This document shows positions 18,785 to 28,695 of a DNA stretch of 64,000 bases, in pieces; positions within the stretch are counted from its first letter, which is position 1; each line of letters begins with the position of its first letter. Under the pieces are notes generated by a model, which saw only the letters and a program-made list of their open reading frames with translations, had not been told where the DNA came from and searched no databases. The stretch comes from Synergistales bacterium (lineage in GTDB: Bacteria; Synergistota; Synergistia; Synergistales; JAFGMB01), in NCBI GenBank assembly GCA_963666205.1, contig OY762654.1:2368001-2432000 (forward strand). Direction: 5' to 3'. The position numbers were made by a program, and so were the translations under genes.

Positions 18785-19414
18785 TTACTCCTTCCTGGTG
18801 TAGGTTTTTGCGGGAACGCCCACAGCAAGGCTATTGGAGGGTATGTCCTTCACTACAACACCTCCTGCACCTACAGTGGCCCACTCGCCCAGGTTCATGT
18901 AGGGGATCACTGTTGAACCTATTCCCAGAAGAACCCCTTCCTCAATATTTACACTGTTGGCAAGAGTATTTCCAGGTGCTACATGAACAAAATTTCCTAT
19001 TATACAATCATGATCTATGGAACAGCCTGTATTTATGATGCAATGGTTTCCAACGATAATATCAGGCTGAAGTACTGATCCCGCGAATATTGCACTTCCT
19101 TCTCCTATTTTGACTGTTGAGTGTACATAAGCCCGCGGATGGACTATTGATGCCCATGGGGTTTCGGGGAAACGAGAAGCAATTGTTTTACGTACCGAAT
19201 TGGCACCAATAGCTATCATCGCTTCAAAATCTTTGAGGTCTGCCATAAGGTCGAAAGGTCCCAGAACCTTAATATCGAAAACAGTACTTCCCCACAAAAG
19301 CTGATTATCATCAAGGATACCGGCAACTTTTCTCCCAGCTTCCAGGAGGGTGCTTATAAGAACCTTTCCATGGCTTCCTCCTCCCAGAACATATACATCC
19401 CGTTGTTTTCCCAT
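18785..19414 (-). CDS. NeuD/PglD-family hexapeptide-repeat sugar acetyltransferase
   Basis: GGGSHGKV, IAIGANSVR, IVHP, INTGCSIDHDC, VGVPAK; ATG at 19414 follows a GAGGAGG RBS. Confidence 0.9.
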   Translation of the reverse strand: MGKQRDVYVLGGGSHGKVLISTLLEAGRKVAGILDDNQLLWGSTVFDIKVLGPFDLMADLKDFEAMIAIGANSVRKTIASRFPETPWASIVHPRAYVHSTVKIGEGSAIFAGSVLQPDIIVGNHCIINTGCSIDHDCIIGNFVHVAPGNTLANSVNIEEGVLLGIGSTVIPYMNLGEWATVGAGGVVVKDIPSNSLAVGVPAKTYTRKE

Positions 19415-19579
19415 TGATAAAACCTCCTCTCCTGGATTATTTCTACAGCATTTAGATAAAACGTCCACTATCTGAATTATAACATCGTTAAAGTAATATG
19501 TGGCATCCTTAATGGTGGAGTTTGGAGAGAATTAATAGAATGGTTATAATTAAAGAACCTTATCGGGAGGATGATCCTC

Positions 19580-20743
19580 ATGCAGAGAAGTCTGTCCCTT
19601 TTCCTTTGTATTTATGGATTTGTTTACGGGTCCATGCATTTCTATTTTTACCTTTCCCTGAGACATGTTTTTCACTCCAGGATATTATCGGGGTTCTTCT
19701 TCCTTCCCTTTTCGCTGTTCATGATCCTCTCACCTGTTCTTTTGAGATTATGCGAGTCCCGGGAATGGAATTGTTATCGATATCTGCTGGCCTATTCAGG
19801 ATATCTGTGGATGGGTTTTCTTTTTCTGGCAATATCCTTTCTTCTCGTTATGGATCTGTGCAGATTTATCCAGTTTATTCTGTTAAGGTCCTCGCCCTTT
19901 TTCCCTTCAGTAAGGACCGGTTTTTTTATCTCCACTGTCCTTTCTCTATTCTTGTGTTTTTATGGTTATGTTGAAGCCTCATGGATAACCACGGAAGAAC
20001 TTCTTTTTTCTTCCCCGAAAATTATGGAGAAAGATTCTGCTTTTCGAATTATCCAGATATCGGATGTTCACCTGGGACTACTTGTTAACAGGAAAAAACT
20101 CGAAGGGATAGTCGAGCTTATAAATAATAATAAGCCGGATCTTGTAATTTCAACAGGAGATCTGGTAGACGGTCAGGGAGGAGAGATGGATGGCTTTTCA
20201 ACCATACTTGCATCTATCGATCCGCCTTTTGGTAAATATGCTGTTACTGGAAATCACGAATTTTATCGGGGGATCGAATATTCAGAGGGTTTTACCAGAA
20301 AAGCAGGTTTTCAGATCCTCCGGAATAGAGCTGTAAAGGTTACCCCTTTCCTGACACTTGCAGGCGTCGATGATCCTGCAGGTGATATATTTGACCAGAA
20401 GGGCTCTATTCCCGAAAGTGAGCTTCTGGAAAATCTGGAAGAAGGCAGCATAGTACTTCTGCTTAAACATCAGCCAAGGATAGAATCTGTATCTTCCAGA
20501 TCTTTTGATCTCCAGCTTTCCGGACATATTCACGGAGGCCAGATCTTCCCCTTCAGCCTTTTGACATTTCTTGCTTACAGATGCGGTGCAGGATTAAAAT
20601 CCCTTGGGAATGGGCAATATCTATATGTGAGTCCGGGTACTGGTACATGGGGTCCACCTTTAAGATTTCTCGCTCCACCCAAGATCACTGTCATCGACCT
20701 GAAAGGTTCTGAGGGCAAATCTTCCATAGAATACAGGAGGTGA
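19580..20743 (+). CDS. Membrane-anchored metallophosphoesterase (YkuE/YaeI-like)
   Basis: N-terminal TM helices; SDVHLG, TGDLVD, GNHE, HQP, SGHIHGGQ. Confidence 0.9.
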   Translation: MQRSLSLFLCIYGFVYGSMHFYFYLSLRHVFHSRILSGFFFLPFSLFMILSPVLLRLCESREWNCYRYLLAYSGYLWMGFLFLAISFLLVMDLCRFIQFILLRSSPFFPSVRTGFFISTVLSLFLCFYGYVEASWITTEELLFSSPKIMEKDSAFRIIQISDVHLGLLVNRKKLEGIVELINNNKPDLVISTGDLVDGQGGEMDGFSTILASIDPPFGKYAVTGNHEFYRGIEYSEGFTRKAGFQILRNRAVKVTPFLTLAGVDDPAGDIFDQKGSIPESELLENLEEGSIVLLLKHQPRIESVSSRSFDLQLSGHIHGGQIFPFSLLTFLAYRCGAGLKSLGNGQYLYVSPGTGTWGPPLRFLAPPKITVIDLKGSEGKSSIEYRR

Positions 20744-20750
20744 ATACCCT

Positions 20751-21137
20751 GTGAAGAGAATACGCATTATCTCAGGCGGGACGATTATCAGAGCGGAACT
20801 TAACGATTCATTAACAGCTTCAGGGATTGCAGAAATACTTCCATTGAGAGGCAGAGCAAACCGTTGGGGCAAAGAAATATATTTTTCCATACCTTTTTCG
20901 GCAGAACCTGAAGATCCGCAGGATGTTGTATGTTCCGGAGATCTTGCATACTGGCCTCCGGGAAGGGCTTTCTGTATCTTCTGGGGGACTACTCCTGCGA
21001 GTCAGGGGAACCATGAGATCCGACCGGCAAGTGAAGTAAACATTGTAGGCAGAATACTTTCCGGCCTTGAACTACTTGAACAGGAACTGGTGAATTCAGG
21101 TGATCCTTTAATCATTGAACCTGAGTCGGATGATTAA
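20751..21137 (+). CDS. Cyclophilin-like fold protein (DUF369/TM1367-like)
   Basis: RWGKEIYF, GDLAYWPPGRAFCIFWGTTP, RPASEVNIVG; GGAGGTG RBS. Confidence 0.88.
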   Translation: MKRIRIISGGTIIRAELNDSLTASGIAEILPLRGRANRWGKEIYFSIPFSAEPEDPQDVVCSGDLAYWPPGRAFCIFWGTTPASQGNHEIRPASEVNIVGRILSGLELLEQELVNSGDPLIIEPESDD

Positions 21138-21139
21138 TA

Positions 21140-21173
21140 TCAACAAAGGAGACCCTGGGGTCTCCTTTGTTGA
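21140..21173 (+). terminator. Intrinsic terminator hairpin
   Basis: TCAACAAAGGAGACC-CTGG-GGTCTCCTTTGTTGA, a 15-bp perfect stem right after the stop at 21137. Confidence 0.85.
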
Positions 21174-21346
21174 AAAGGGGTTCGTTCCGTATTTCTTAGG
21201 GGAGGTTGCTTTTTCGATATAATAATAGCCATAATTACTTTTTTCTTCACCCCGGTAATTACCTAATCTCAGGTAAGTAGAAATACGTATACCTGTGGAG
21301 AGTATGAGAATAGTTTTATGCCATTACCCATTTTCTGGAGGCGGTT

Positions 21347-22390
21347 ATGAAGAGAGCGGATGAGCGGGATACTATATTTGCTAGAATGAGATACGAAAAA
21401 GGAAGTCCTGAATATGAAGAATACTATAACCGCAGACCGGAAAAGAAGGAGCTGGACGATCTGCTCAGGTCCATGCCTGGTCTCTGTTCACCCGGAACGG
21501 AAACCTATGATCCTCTCAATGCACCCATTGCCGAGGCCAATTTCAGATTCCTTGAGGATATCAGACCTCTTGTGGAAGGGGAGACTTCACGGAAGAGGCT
21601 TATTCTTGACCCTGAGGTGATGACCCGAAAGATCAAAGCTATGGCTGTATACTATGGTGCCCGGATGGTAGGGATTGCCAGACTTGGAGAGCGACATTTC
21701 TATTCCCGTAAGGGGCGGCCAAAGGATGATTATGGACGTTCCATTGGCGTTCCCCATCCCTTTGGTATCGTATTTGCTTCGCCAATGGATATGGATAAGA
21801 TAAATCAGGCACCAGGGCTTCCCGTTGTCGTAGAATCTTCATTAAGTTATGTAAAGGTTGCCATAATTGGCATGCTGTTGTCTTATTATATCCGTGAAAC
21901 AGGATATGAAGCCAGGAATCATATGGATGGGAATTATCTGGTTGTTCCTAACAGGGTGGCACAGGATGCAGGCATGGGTGAGTTCGGACGTTGCGGTATG
22001 CTTGTAACTCAAGACTATGGACCTGCTGTGAGATTTGCAGTAGTAACGACGGATCTTCCTCTTCTGCCTGATAAGCCGAGGAAATTTGGACTCGAGACAT
22101 TCTGCCGGATATGCAGAAACTGTGCCCTTGAATGCCCTGTTCAGGCTTTGAGCGAGGACGATGATGAGAGAGAATGGAAAGTAAAATCCGAAAAGTGTTA
22201 TAAATATTGGAGAACAGTGGGGACGGATTGCAGCATATGTATAAAAGCATGTCCTTTTTCTCAGGGTCTGGCATCAGGTTTTACCGGAAATTTCAATGAT
22301 GATCCCAGGGCTGTAGGGGATATTATGAAAAGATTCAGGGAAATATCTGGTAAAAGGCCTGTTCCTGTCGATCCTCCTGATTGGATCTGA
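21347..22390 (+). CDS. Reductive dehalogenase/QueG-like cobalamin and 2x[4Fe-4S] protein
   Basis: IKAMAVYYGARMVGIA, YIRETGYEARNH, AGMGEFGRCGMLVT..GPAVRFAVVTTDLPL, CRICRNCALECP and CYKYW..DCSICIKACPF; no Tat signal. Confidence 0.82.
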   Translation: MKRADERDTIFARMRYEKGSPEYEEYYNRRPEKKELDDLLRSMPGLCSPGTETYDPLNAPIAEANFRFLEDIRPLVEGETSRKRLILDPEVMTRKIKAMAVYYGARMVGIARLGERHFYSRKGRPKDDYGRSIGVPHPFGIVFASPMDMDKINQAPGLPVVVESSLSYVKVAIIGMLLSYYIRETGYEARNHMDGNYLVVPNRVAQDAGMGEFGRCGMLVTQDYGPAVRFAVVTTDLPLLPDKPRKFGLETFCRICRNCALECPVQALSEDDDEREWKVKSEKCYKYWRTVGTDCSICIKACPFSQGLASGFTGNFNDDPRAVGDIMKRFREISGKRPVPVDPPDWI

Positions 22391-22418
22391 TATATATTAT
22401 TTTACCCGGAGATAAATC

Positions 22419-23147
22419 ATGAACATGGATTATAAGCTTAAACCATTAAAGATCCTTGGAGTTCTTGGAGGGATGGGGCCGGCTGCTACTGCAGAATTTA
22501 TGCGGTTGATGACCCTTATGTCTCCGGCTGTTACCGACCAGCAGCATCCAAAGGTTCTGCTGTATTCCAACCCCCAGATACCCGACAGAAGCAGTGCTAT
22601 CCTTGGGAAAGGGCCTGACCCGACGAATGAACTGAAAAAGGGACTTCTAACTATTCTGGATTGGGGTGCTGAGATTCTTGCTGTTCCGTGTAATACTGCC
22701 CACCTTTACATAGATCTCTTTAAAGATGATCTGGAACTTCCTCTTGTCCACATAGTGGAAGCATCCGTAGAAGCATGTAAGAGCAAAAGTCCTGAAGGTG
22801 CATGGCTTTTGGGTACAGAGGGTACATTAAAGTGTGGCATCTACCAGTCATATGCCCGGAGGCAGAATTATCCCTTTCATCTTCCTGGAGAGGATACCTG
22901 CCGAATGGTTCAGCACTGTATTGAGTTGGTAAAAGCAAACAGACTTGAAGAATCAGGGCGAATTCTCAAAGAAATTGTTATGGATCTATGGAAGGAACGG
23001 CCTATTCCAGTAATGGCAGCATGTACCGAATTGCCTCTAAGCTACGATGCCTCAGGTCTTCCCGGCGAAAGAACTGTATCGAGTCTTGCCGCTCTGGCTG
23101 GAAAGTGTCTTGACAAGATCTATGGTTTTTCAATTGATAAAGAGTGA
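22419..23147 (+). CDS. Aspartate/glutamate racemase family protein
   Basis: GVLGGMGPAAT, IPDRS, PCNTAH, ACTELP (two catalytic Cys). Confidence 0.93.
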   Translation: MNMDYKLKPLKILGVLGGMGPAATAEFMRLMTLMSPAVTDQQHPKVLLYSNPQIPDRSSAILGKGPDPTNELKKGLLTILDWGAEILAVPCNTAHLYIDLFKDDLELPLVHIVEASVEACKSKSPEGAWLLGTEGTLKCGIYQSYARRQNYPFHLPGEDTCRMVQHCIELVKANRLEESGRILKEIVMDLWKERPIPVMAACTELPLSYDASGLPGERTVSSLAALAGKCLDKIYGFSIDKE

Positions 23148-23152
23148 TCTGA

Positions 23153-24424
23153 ATGTCAGGTAATTCTTTCAGTTTTGTCCATTGTTCAGATCTTCATCTG
23201 GATAGCCCCTTCACTGGAATAGCCTCTTCCGATCCCCGTCTTGCTAAAATGCTTGTCAGCGCAACTTTTCATGCTTTTGAAAGAGTAGTAGATATTGCCA
23301 TAGAAGAAGGTGCTGACTTTATTGTTATTTCGGGTGATATCTATGATCAGGGAGATGGGAGTATTCGGGCCCAGCTCGGTTTCAGGGATATACTGCAAAG
23401 GGCTCTGGACAGGGGGATAGAGTGTTTTATGGTCCATGGCAACCATGATCCTCTTGATAGCTGGAGGTCTGGTATTTCCTTCCCTCCCGCTGTACACAGG
23501 TTTGGACAGGAAGTGGAGAAGAAGATCTACTTTCGGGAAGGTCAAGCCTGTGCTGAAATATATGGAATAAGTTATAAGAAAACGGAGGAGTTCCGTAATC
23601 TGGCATCTCTTTTCAATATCCGGGATGGCTCTGCGCTGTTCAAGATAGGTCTGCTTCACTGTAATCTGGGGGGAAGCTCCCCCGGCCATCAGAATTATTC
23701 GCCATGTTCCCTGGCTGATCTTGTAAATACAGGGATCGACTACTGGGCCCTGGGGCATATTCATATGCCAGGCGTAATAAGAGGATCTGAACCGGCAGTT
23801 GTCTATTCCGGGAATATCCAGGGAAGACATATTGGTGAAAAAGGGAAAAGGGGCTGTTACCTTGTTGAAGTGGAAGACAGTAAGGTCATGGCTATCCAAT
23901 TCCATTCCACTTCACAGATTCTCTGGTCTGAAGCAGAGCTTGATCTTTCATCTGTTAATTCGGCAGAAGAGCTTGTTGATAGCCTCAGAGATCTTTGTGA
24001 TATTCAAAGATCAGGGGCTGAAGGATTACCCTCCATATTGAGAGTAATACTTAAAGGGGAATCTGAAGTTGTTCCCCTACTGGAAAACCTGGATTTTCAG
24101 AAAGATCTGCTTGATCTTATCCGGGAGAATGAGAAAAGAAAACTTGATCAGATATGGATAGAATCAATAAAAAACATGGCCCATCTTCCCCTTGACAGGG
24201 ATAGACTCAGAAAGGGAAATGATTTTATCGCAGATTTTCTTGAGTTGTGTGATATGGCAAGGAAAGATCCATCCATGGCAGCTGATATGATAAGGCAGGA
24301 TGAAGCTTTTAAGCTGGTTCAGGATTTTCTTGCAGATATAGAGACCCCGGAAGTGCTTGGAGAGATCCTTGATGAGGCGGAGAAGATCGGTCTGACAGGA
24401 CTTCTTGGAGGAGACAAACTTTGA
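23153..24424 (+). CDS. SbcD/Mre11-like DNA repair exonuclease (YhaO-like)
   Basis: HCSDLHLDSPF, SGDIYD, HGNHD, YWALGHIH, YSGNIQGRH. Confidence 0.92.
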   Translation: MSGNSFSFVHCSDLHLDSPFTGIASSDPRLAKMLVSATFHAFERVVDIAIEEGADFIVISGDIYDQGDGSIRAQLGFRDILQRALDRGIECFMVHGNHDPLDSWRSGISFPPAVHRFGQEVEKKIYFREGQACAEIYGISYKKTEEFRNLASLFNIRDGSALFKIGLLHCNLGGSSPGHQNYSPCSLADLVNTGIDYWALGHIHMPGVIRGSEPAVVYSGNIQGRHIGEKGKRGCYLVEVEDSKVMAIQFHSTSQILWSEAELDLSSVNSAEELVDSLRDLCDIQRSGAEGLPSILRVILKGESEVVPLLENLDFQKDLLDLIRENEKRKLDQIWIESIKNMAHLPLDRDRLRKGNDFIADFLELCDMARKDPSMAADMIRQDEAFKLVQDFLADIETPEVLGEILDEAEKIGLTGLLGGDKL

Positions 24425-27400
24425 AAATAAAGTCCTTTCATGTTCACGGTTTCGGCATACTCCATAACACTGGAATAAATGACATTTCATCCGGTCTGAA
24501 TATTTTTACAGGAGATAATGAGAGTGGCAAATCCACCCTTCTGAGATTTATGCGATCAGTTCTGTTCGGGATGTCAAGAAATTCTTCCAGGGATGAACCC
24601 CTGCAGGGTGGGGGTCATGGAGGCACCATGGAGATTGATCTGGAAAATGGAAACTCATTGATCTTCGAACTCAGGAACAGGAAGGTTCATGTAAGCGACC
24701 AGAAAGGAGACCCTCTGGATCATGCCTGTGGACTTGAACAGCTCGGAGGGCTTGACAGACACCTCTTTGAAAGAGTATTTGCTGTAGGCCTGGATGACCT
24801 TTACCTGGATGCTGATTCTCTTCTGGATGAAGAAAAACTCAGGAACAGGCTTTTCGCAGCTGGAGCCGGCCTTGGAGACATCTCTATTTCAGAGACCTTC
24901 TCAAAACTTGAAAAGGAAATGCAGAAACTTGCCCGGAACAGGTCTATACGTTCCAGATCTCTGATAAAAGATGATTCGATCAGATTACGGGAAGTACAGA
25001 AAGAGATAAGGCAACTTGCCCATCTTGAGGACGAATATGCCCATCTTGGAGAGCGGAAGGAAATCCTCTCCAGAGAAATAGAAGAAATTACCCTTGAACT
25101 GGATTTCCTCAGAAAAAATGAAATGGAACTTAAACGGCTACACTCACTTGTGGAACCTTTTGCCAGGCTTCAGGGCGTAAAAAAGGAGATATCTTCTCTC
25201 GAAGAGAATGTCAAAGATCTTCCACCTGGTGCAAAGGAAAGATACACCGATATAAAAAGAAATATAACCTTCCATAAGGATAAGCTGGGTAAAATAGAAC
25301 AAGATATGCAAAATATAGTCATTGAAAAGAGTCATTTCAAGGTCAATTCCAGGCTTCTGGATCTTGCAGAGAGGATAGAGTCCCTGAGGGATGAAAGATC
25401 CAGGCTCGCAGATCTTCATTCAGAAATTTCATTCATGGAAGAAAAACTGAAGACCCTTTCAATTGATCTTTCGCAACAGCTTTCTCATATATCTCCTGAC
25501 TGGAAGATGGAAGACCTGGAAAGGGCTGATACTTCCCTTGCTGCCGGGAAAGAGGCTCTTGAACTTATCAACAGGTTTAATATTCTGGAAAATGAGTTTC
25601 TTCAGGCAAAACTCCTCTTTGAAAGGGCTGTAGAAGAGAAGGATCATGCTATGGAAGAACTTTCACAAGCAAGAATAGCCTGTTCTGAATATGGAGATGA
25701 TGATGAAACCGTAGAAAATATGTCAAGGTTTATCGATGACCTTAGAAAAACAGGAGAGTTACTTCTTCAGAGGGAGCATCTGCATGAAAATATCAGGTCC
25801 CTCGAAGGAAGCCTTGAGGATTACTGGGAAAGACTGAAAATAGTTGATTCCATGGCGGAAATCTATGAAACCCCGATCCAGGCAAGTTATCTGTCTTATT
25901 CAGCAATCCTTGTTATTGCTGGTATTCCTTTAGTTCATTACTGGTTAGGATCTGTATATTCTCTTTTTTATACCAGTCTTTCTCTGATCTTTTCATTTTT
26001 TCTAATGTTTTTCTGGAGAAAACATGAAATCAATGCCAGAAAATCCCGCAAAACTTCAGAAAAAGAAAGACAAATGATCATTGAAAAAACAGAAAAGATA
26101 AAGACTGAACTTTCAATCCAGGAAGGTCTGATGGATGCTCTCAACAGGGATTTATTTCTGCTGTCAGATAAGATGGTCCTGGATGAAGATTTCAGCAGAG
26201 AGTGGCTGGATGAACAGATTATAAGGACAAACCTGAAACTGGCTGAAGCAAGGGAGAGAGAGCGTGTTTTTCAGAAAGTATGTGACCTCCATGAAAAATT
26301 TCAGAAGCAGGTCAAGGCCCTCGCTTTCTGTGAAGATAAGGTCAATGTTTCACGGGAGAGTCTGACGGAGTGGCAGGGGGAGTGGAATAAATATCTTGAG
26401 GATAAGAACCTGCCTCTCAATACGAAACCTGAAACTTTTCAGATCCTTATCCAGGCCATTCTTTCAGCTTGCAGAGTCTCTATGCGAAAACATGAAATAT
26501 CTGAAAAGATCCAACAGCTGAAGGAGCTTGAGAGAGTGAAAAACGAGGATCTGGATAACCTTTGTTTTTTGTGTGACCTCTCTTATGAGGCTGATCTTAC
26601 AGAAAGGATAACCTTCCTTGCCGGCAAGTTGAAGGAAAGTACGGAAGCCCGGAGGAAAATCTCCATCCTGGAGAAGGAGTATGGAGATCTCCTTACCCAA
26701 AGATCAGAACATCAGGAAAGATCTGAATGTGCCCTTTCTGAAATGGAAGAACTGATGAAAAGATCTAATGCTGTTTCAGAAGAAACATTCTTTTCAAGGG
26801 TCGAAGAATATGGCCGTCTTTCTGAATTGAAGAACCTGGAGATGGAGCTTGTGGCAAGGCTGATAGGATTGGCTGGTAACGAGAAACTGCTGGAGAAACT
26901 GGTCGAAAGACTTGATAATGTAGATACCCTTGTTCTTGAGATGGATCTTGAAAACAATACTGAAAAGATAAACTCCCTGTCTGCGAAAAGGGAGGAAATA
27001 ATAAGGTCACTTGCAAAACTGGAGATGCGCCTTCAGGAACTTTCCCTTGAAGATAACCAGAGTCGATTGATCCAGGAAAAAGAATTTCTCCACGCAAAAT
27101 GTCGGGAAAACTCTATTAAATGGGCTGCTCTTGCCACATGCAGAGCTCTGCTGGCAAAGGCAAGGGAAATCCATGAAATTCAGAGACAGCCCGGAGTTAC
27201 AAAAATGGCCGGAAAGTACATGGAGATCATTACAGGAGGAAGATATGGACTTTTATGTTCATCTCTTGACCGCCGGATATTCCTTTCCGATAAACGGACC
27301 CTTGTCAGGAAGGGAAGCCAGGAATGGAGCAGTGGCCTGGCTGATCAGGCCTATCTGGCTATCCGCCTTGCAGTAACCAGAAGCCTCAGTGGTACTTCTG

Positions 27401-27624
27401 GAGTCCTGCCGGTAATTCTTGATGACATCCATCTTCGCTTTGATCTAGACCGTCAGAAACACCTGGCAGAGGTTCTGATTGAGCATTCCCGTTATCAGCA
27501 GGTTTTCTTTTTTTCCTGTAATCCGGCTTTCCTTGAAATGCTCTCTTCAGTTATTAAAGAAAAAGAGAGTACTCCTGGGATATATCGTATAAAGGATGGG
27601 CTGATCCACGAAGGTATGGATTAG
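24421..27624 (+). CDS. YhaN-like AAA/SMC-type coiled-coil ATPase
   Basis: Walker A GDNESGKST, long coiled coil with a central hydrophobic hairpin, signature WSSGLADQAYLAIRLA and Walker B PVILDD. Confidence 0.9.
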   Translation: MKIKSFHVHGFGILHNTGINDISSGLNIFTGDNESGKSTLLRFMRSVLFGMSRNSSRDEPLQGGGHGGTMEIDLENGNSLIFELRNRKVHVSDQKGDPLDHACGLEQLGGLDRHLFERVFAVGLDDLYLDADSLLDEEKLRNRLFAAGAGLGDISISETFSKLEKEMQKLARNRSIRSRSLIKDDSIRLREVQKEIRQLAHLEDEYAHLGERKEILSREIEEITLELDFLRKNEMELKRLHSLVEPFARLQGVKKEISSLEENVKDLPPGAKERYTDIKRNITFHKDKLGKIEQDMQNIVIEKSHFKVNSRLLDLAERIESLRDERSRLADLHSEISFMEEKLKTLSIDLSQQLSHISPDWKMEDLERADTSLAAGKEALELINRFNILENEFLQAKLLFERAVEEKDHAMEELSQARIACSEYGDDDETVENMSRFIDDLRKTGELLLQREHLHENIRSLEGSLEDYWERLKIVDSMAEIYETPIQASYLSYSAILVIAGIPLVHYWLGSVYSLFYTSLSLIFSFFLMFFWRKHEINARKSRKTSEKERQMIIEKTEKIKTELSIQEGLMDALNRDLFLLSDKMVLDEDFSREWLDEQIIRTNLKLAEARERERVFQKVCDLHEKFQKQVKALAFCEDKVNVSRESLTEWQGEWNKYLEDKNLPLNTKPETFQILIQAILSACRVSMRKHEISEKIQQLKELERVKNEDLDNLCFLCDLSYEADLTERITFLAGKLKESTEARRKISILEKEYGDLLTQRSEHQERSECALSEMEELMKRSNAVSEETFFSRVEEYGRLSELKNLEMELVARLIGLAGNEKLLEKLVERLDNVDTLVLEMDLENNTEKINSLSAKREEIIRSLAKLEMRLQELSLEDNQSRLIQEKEFLHAKCRENSIKWAALATCRALLAKAREIHEIQRQPGVTKMAGKYMEIITGGRYGLLCSSLDRRIFLSDKRTLVRKGSQEWSSGLADQAYLAIRLAVTRSLSGTSGVLPVILDDIHLRFDLDRQKHLAEVLIEHSRYQQVFFFSCNPAFLEMLSSVIKEKESTPGIYRIKDGLIHEGMD

Positions 27625-27641
27625 ATCCATAAATAAAATAT

Positions 27642-28553
27642 TCAGGGCCTGTAAGTCTGACGATAGATCCTTTCCACATCTTCCCTGAAGGGGAGACTGG
27701 GCTGAGCTCCCAGAACTGTGCATGCAAGAGCTCCTGCACAGTTGGCGAATTCTACAGCTTCCAGTGTGGACTTCCCTTCAGAGAGGGCAACTGCCATTGC
27801 GCCAGCAAAGGAATCTCCGGCTCCTGTTGTATCGACTGTAGATACGGCTGGTCCCTTGATCCTTGAGATAGAACCCCTTTCGAAAAGTATTGCTCCATCT
27901 GCTCCTGCAGTTACAACAACTGTTTTTACCCCCCTTTGAATAATGGACGACGCAGCTTTTTCCATGTCATCAAGTCCTGACATCTGATGCAGTTCGATGT
28001 TATTCGGAACGAGGATATCGATCAATTTAAGAAAACTGTCAGGTATTTCAGTAAAGGGTGCTGGATCAAGGATAGTCCGCAAACCATGTTTTTTTGAAAG
28101 CCTGAGACCTTCTTCGAGGGTTTCCAGAGGAACTTCAAGCTGGAAAATAGAAGTCTGACAGTTTCTGAACTTATCCTCCTGACGGTTTATATCTCCCGGC
28201 GAAAGAAGCATGTTAGCTCCGGGAGAGACAACGATGGAATTGTCTCCCTCCTTTACTACAGTTATCAGAGCCACTCCTGTATTTATATCTTCTGATACAG
28301 TTACACCTTCGCAGTCTATCCCTTCGTTTTTAAGGTTTTTAAGAAGAGCATTTCCAAATTCATCATGACCTACTCTGCCTATGAATGATACTTCTGCACC
28401 CAGTCTGGCACAGGCTACAGCCTGGTTAGCTCCTTTTCCACCGCCCACCATGACAAGGTTTTCTCCAAGAATGGTCTCTCCCAGCCCTGGAAGTCTTGGA
28501 GTCCTTATTACAAGATCCATATTTACAGATCCAGCGACTATTATATTCGCCAT
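27642..28553 (-). CDS. rbsK: Ribokinase
   Basis: GSVNMDLV, GGKGANQAVA, QLEVP, DTTGAGDSFAG. Confidence 0.93.
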   Translation of the reverse strand: MANIIVAGSVNMDLVIRTPRLPGLGETILGENLVMVGGGKGANQAVACARLGAEVSFIGRVGHDEFGNALLKNLKNEGIDCEGVTVSEDINTGVALITVVKEGDNSIVVSPGANMLLSPGDINRQEDKFRNCQTSIFQLEVPLETLEEGLRLSKKHGLRTILDPAPFTEIPDSFLKLIDILVPNNIELHQMSGLDDMEKAASSIIQRGVKTVVVTAGADGAILFERGSISRIKGPAVSTVDTTGAGDSFAGAMAVALSEGKSTLEAVEFANCAGALACTVLGAQPSLPFREDVERIYRQTYRP

Positions 28554-28602
28554 GGGTTCCTCCTTATCAGAACATTAGTTTCTGTTATTTTATAAATAAA
28601 AA

Positions 28603-28626
28603 AGGAAAGACACAAAAGTCTTTCCT
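28603..28626 (-). terminator. Intrinsic terminator
   Basis: AGGAAAGAC-ACAAAA-GTCTTTCCT with a T-run on the minus strand, downstream of the HD-GYP gene. Confidence 0.7.
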
Positions 28627-28695
28627 CAGGAATATACAATTATCCAGATATTTTCTTGCTGAATAAACGGTGAAGCATGGTTAAGGCTATTTCAG

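Noticed and set aside
23153-27624. Nuclease plus SMC-like ATPase as a novel anti-phage system
   Set aside because: Motifs and sizes match the widespread YhaO/YhaN pair, and there is no defence-island context.
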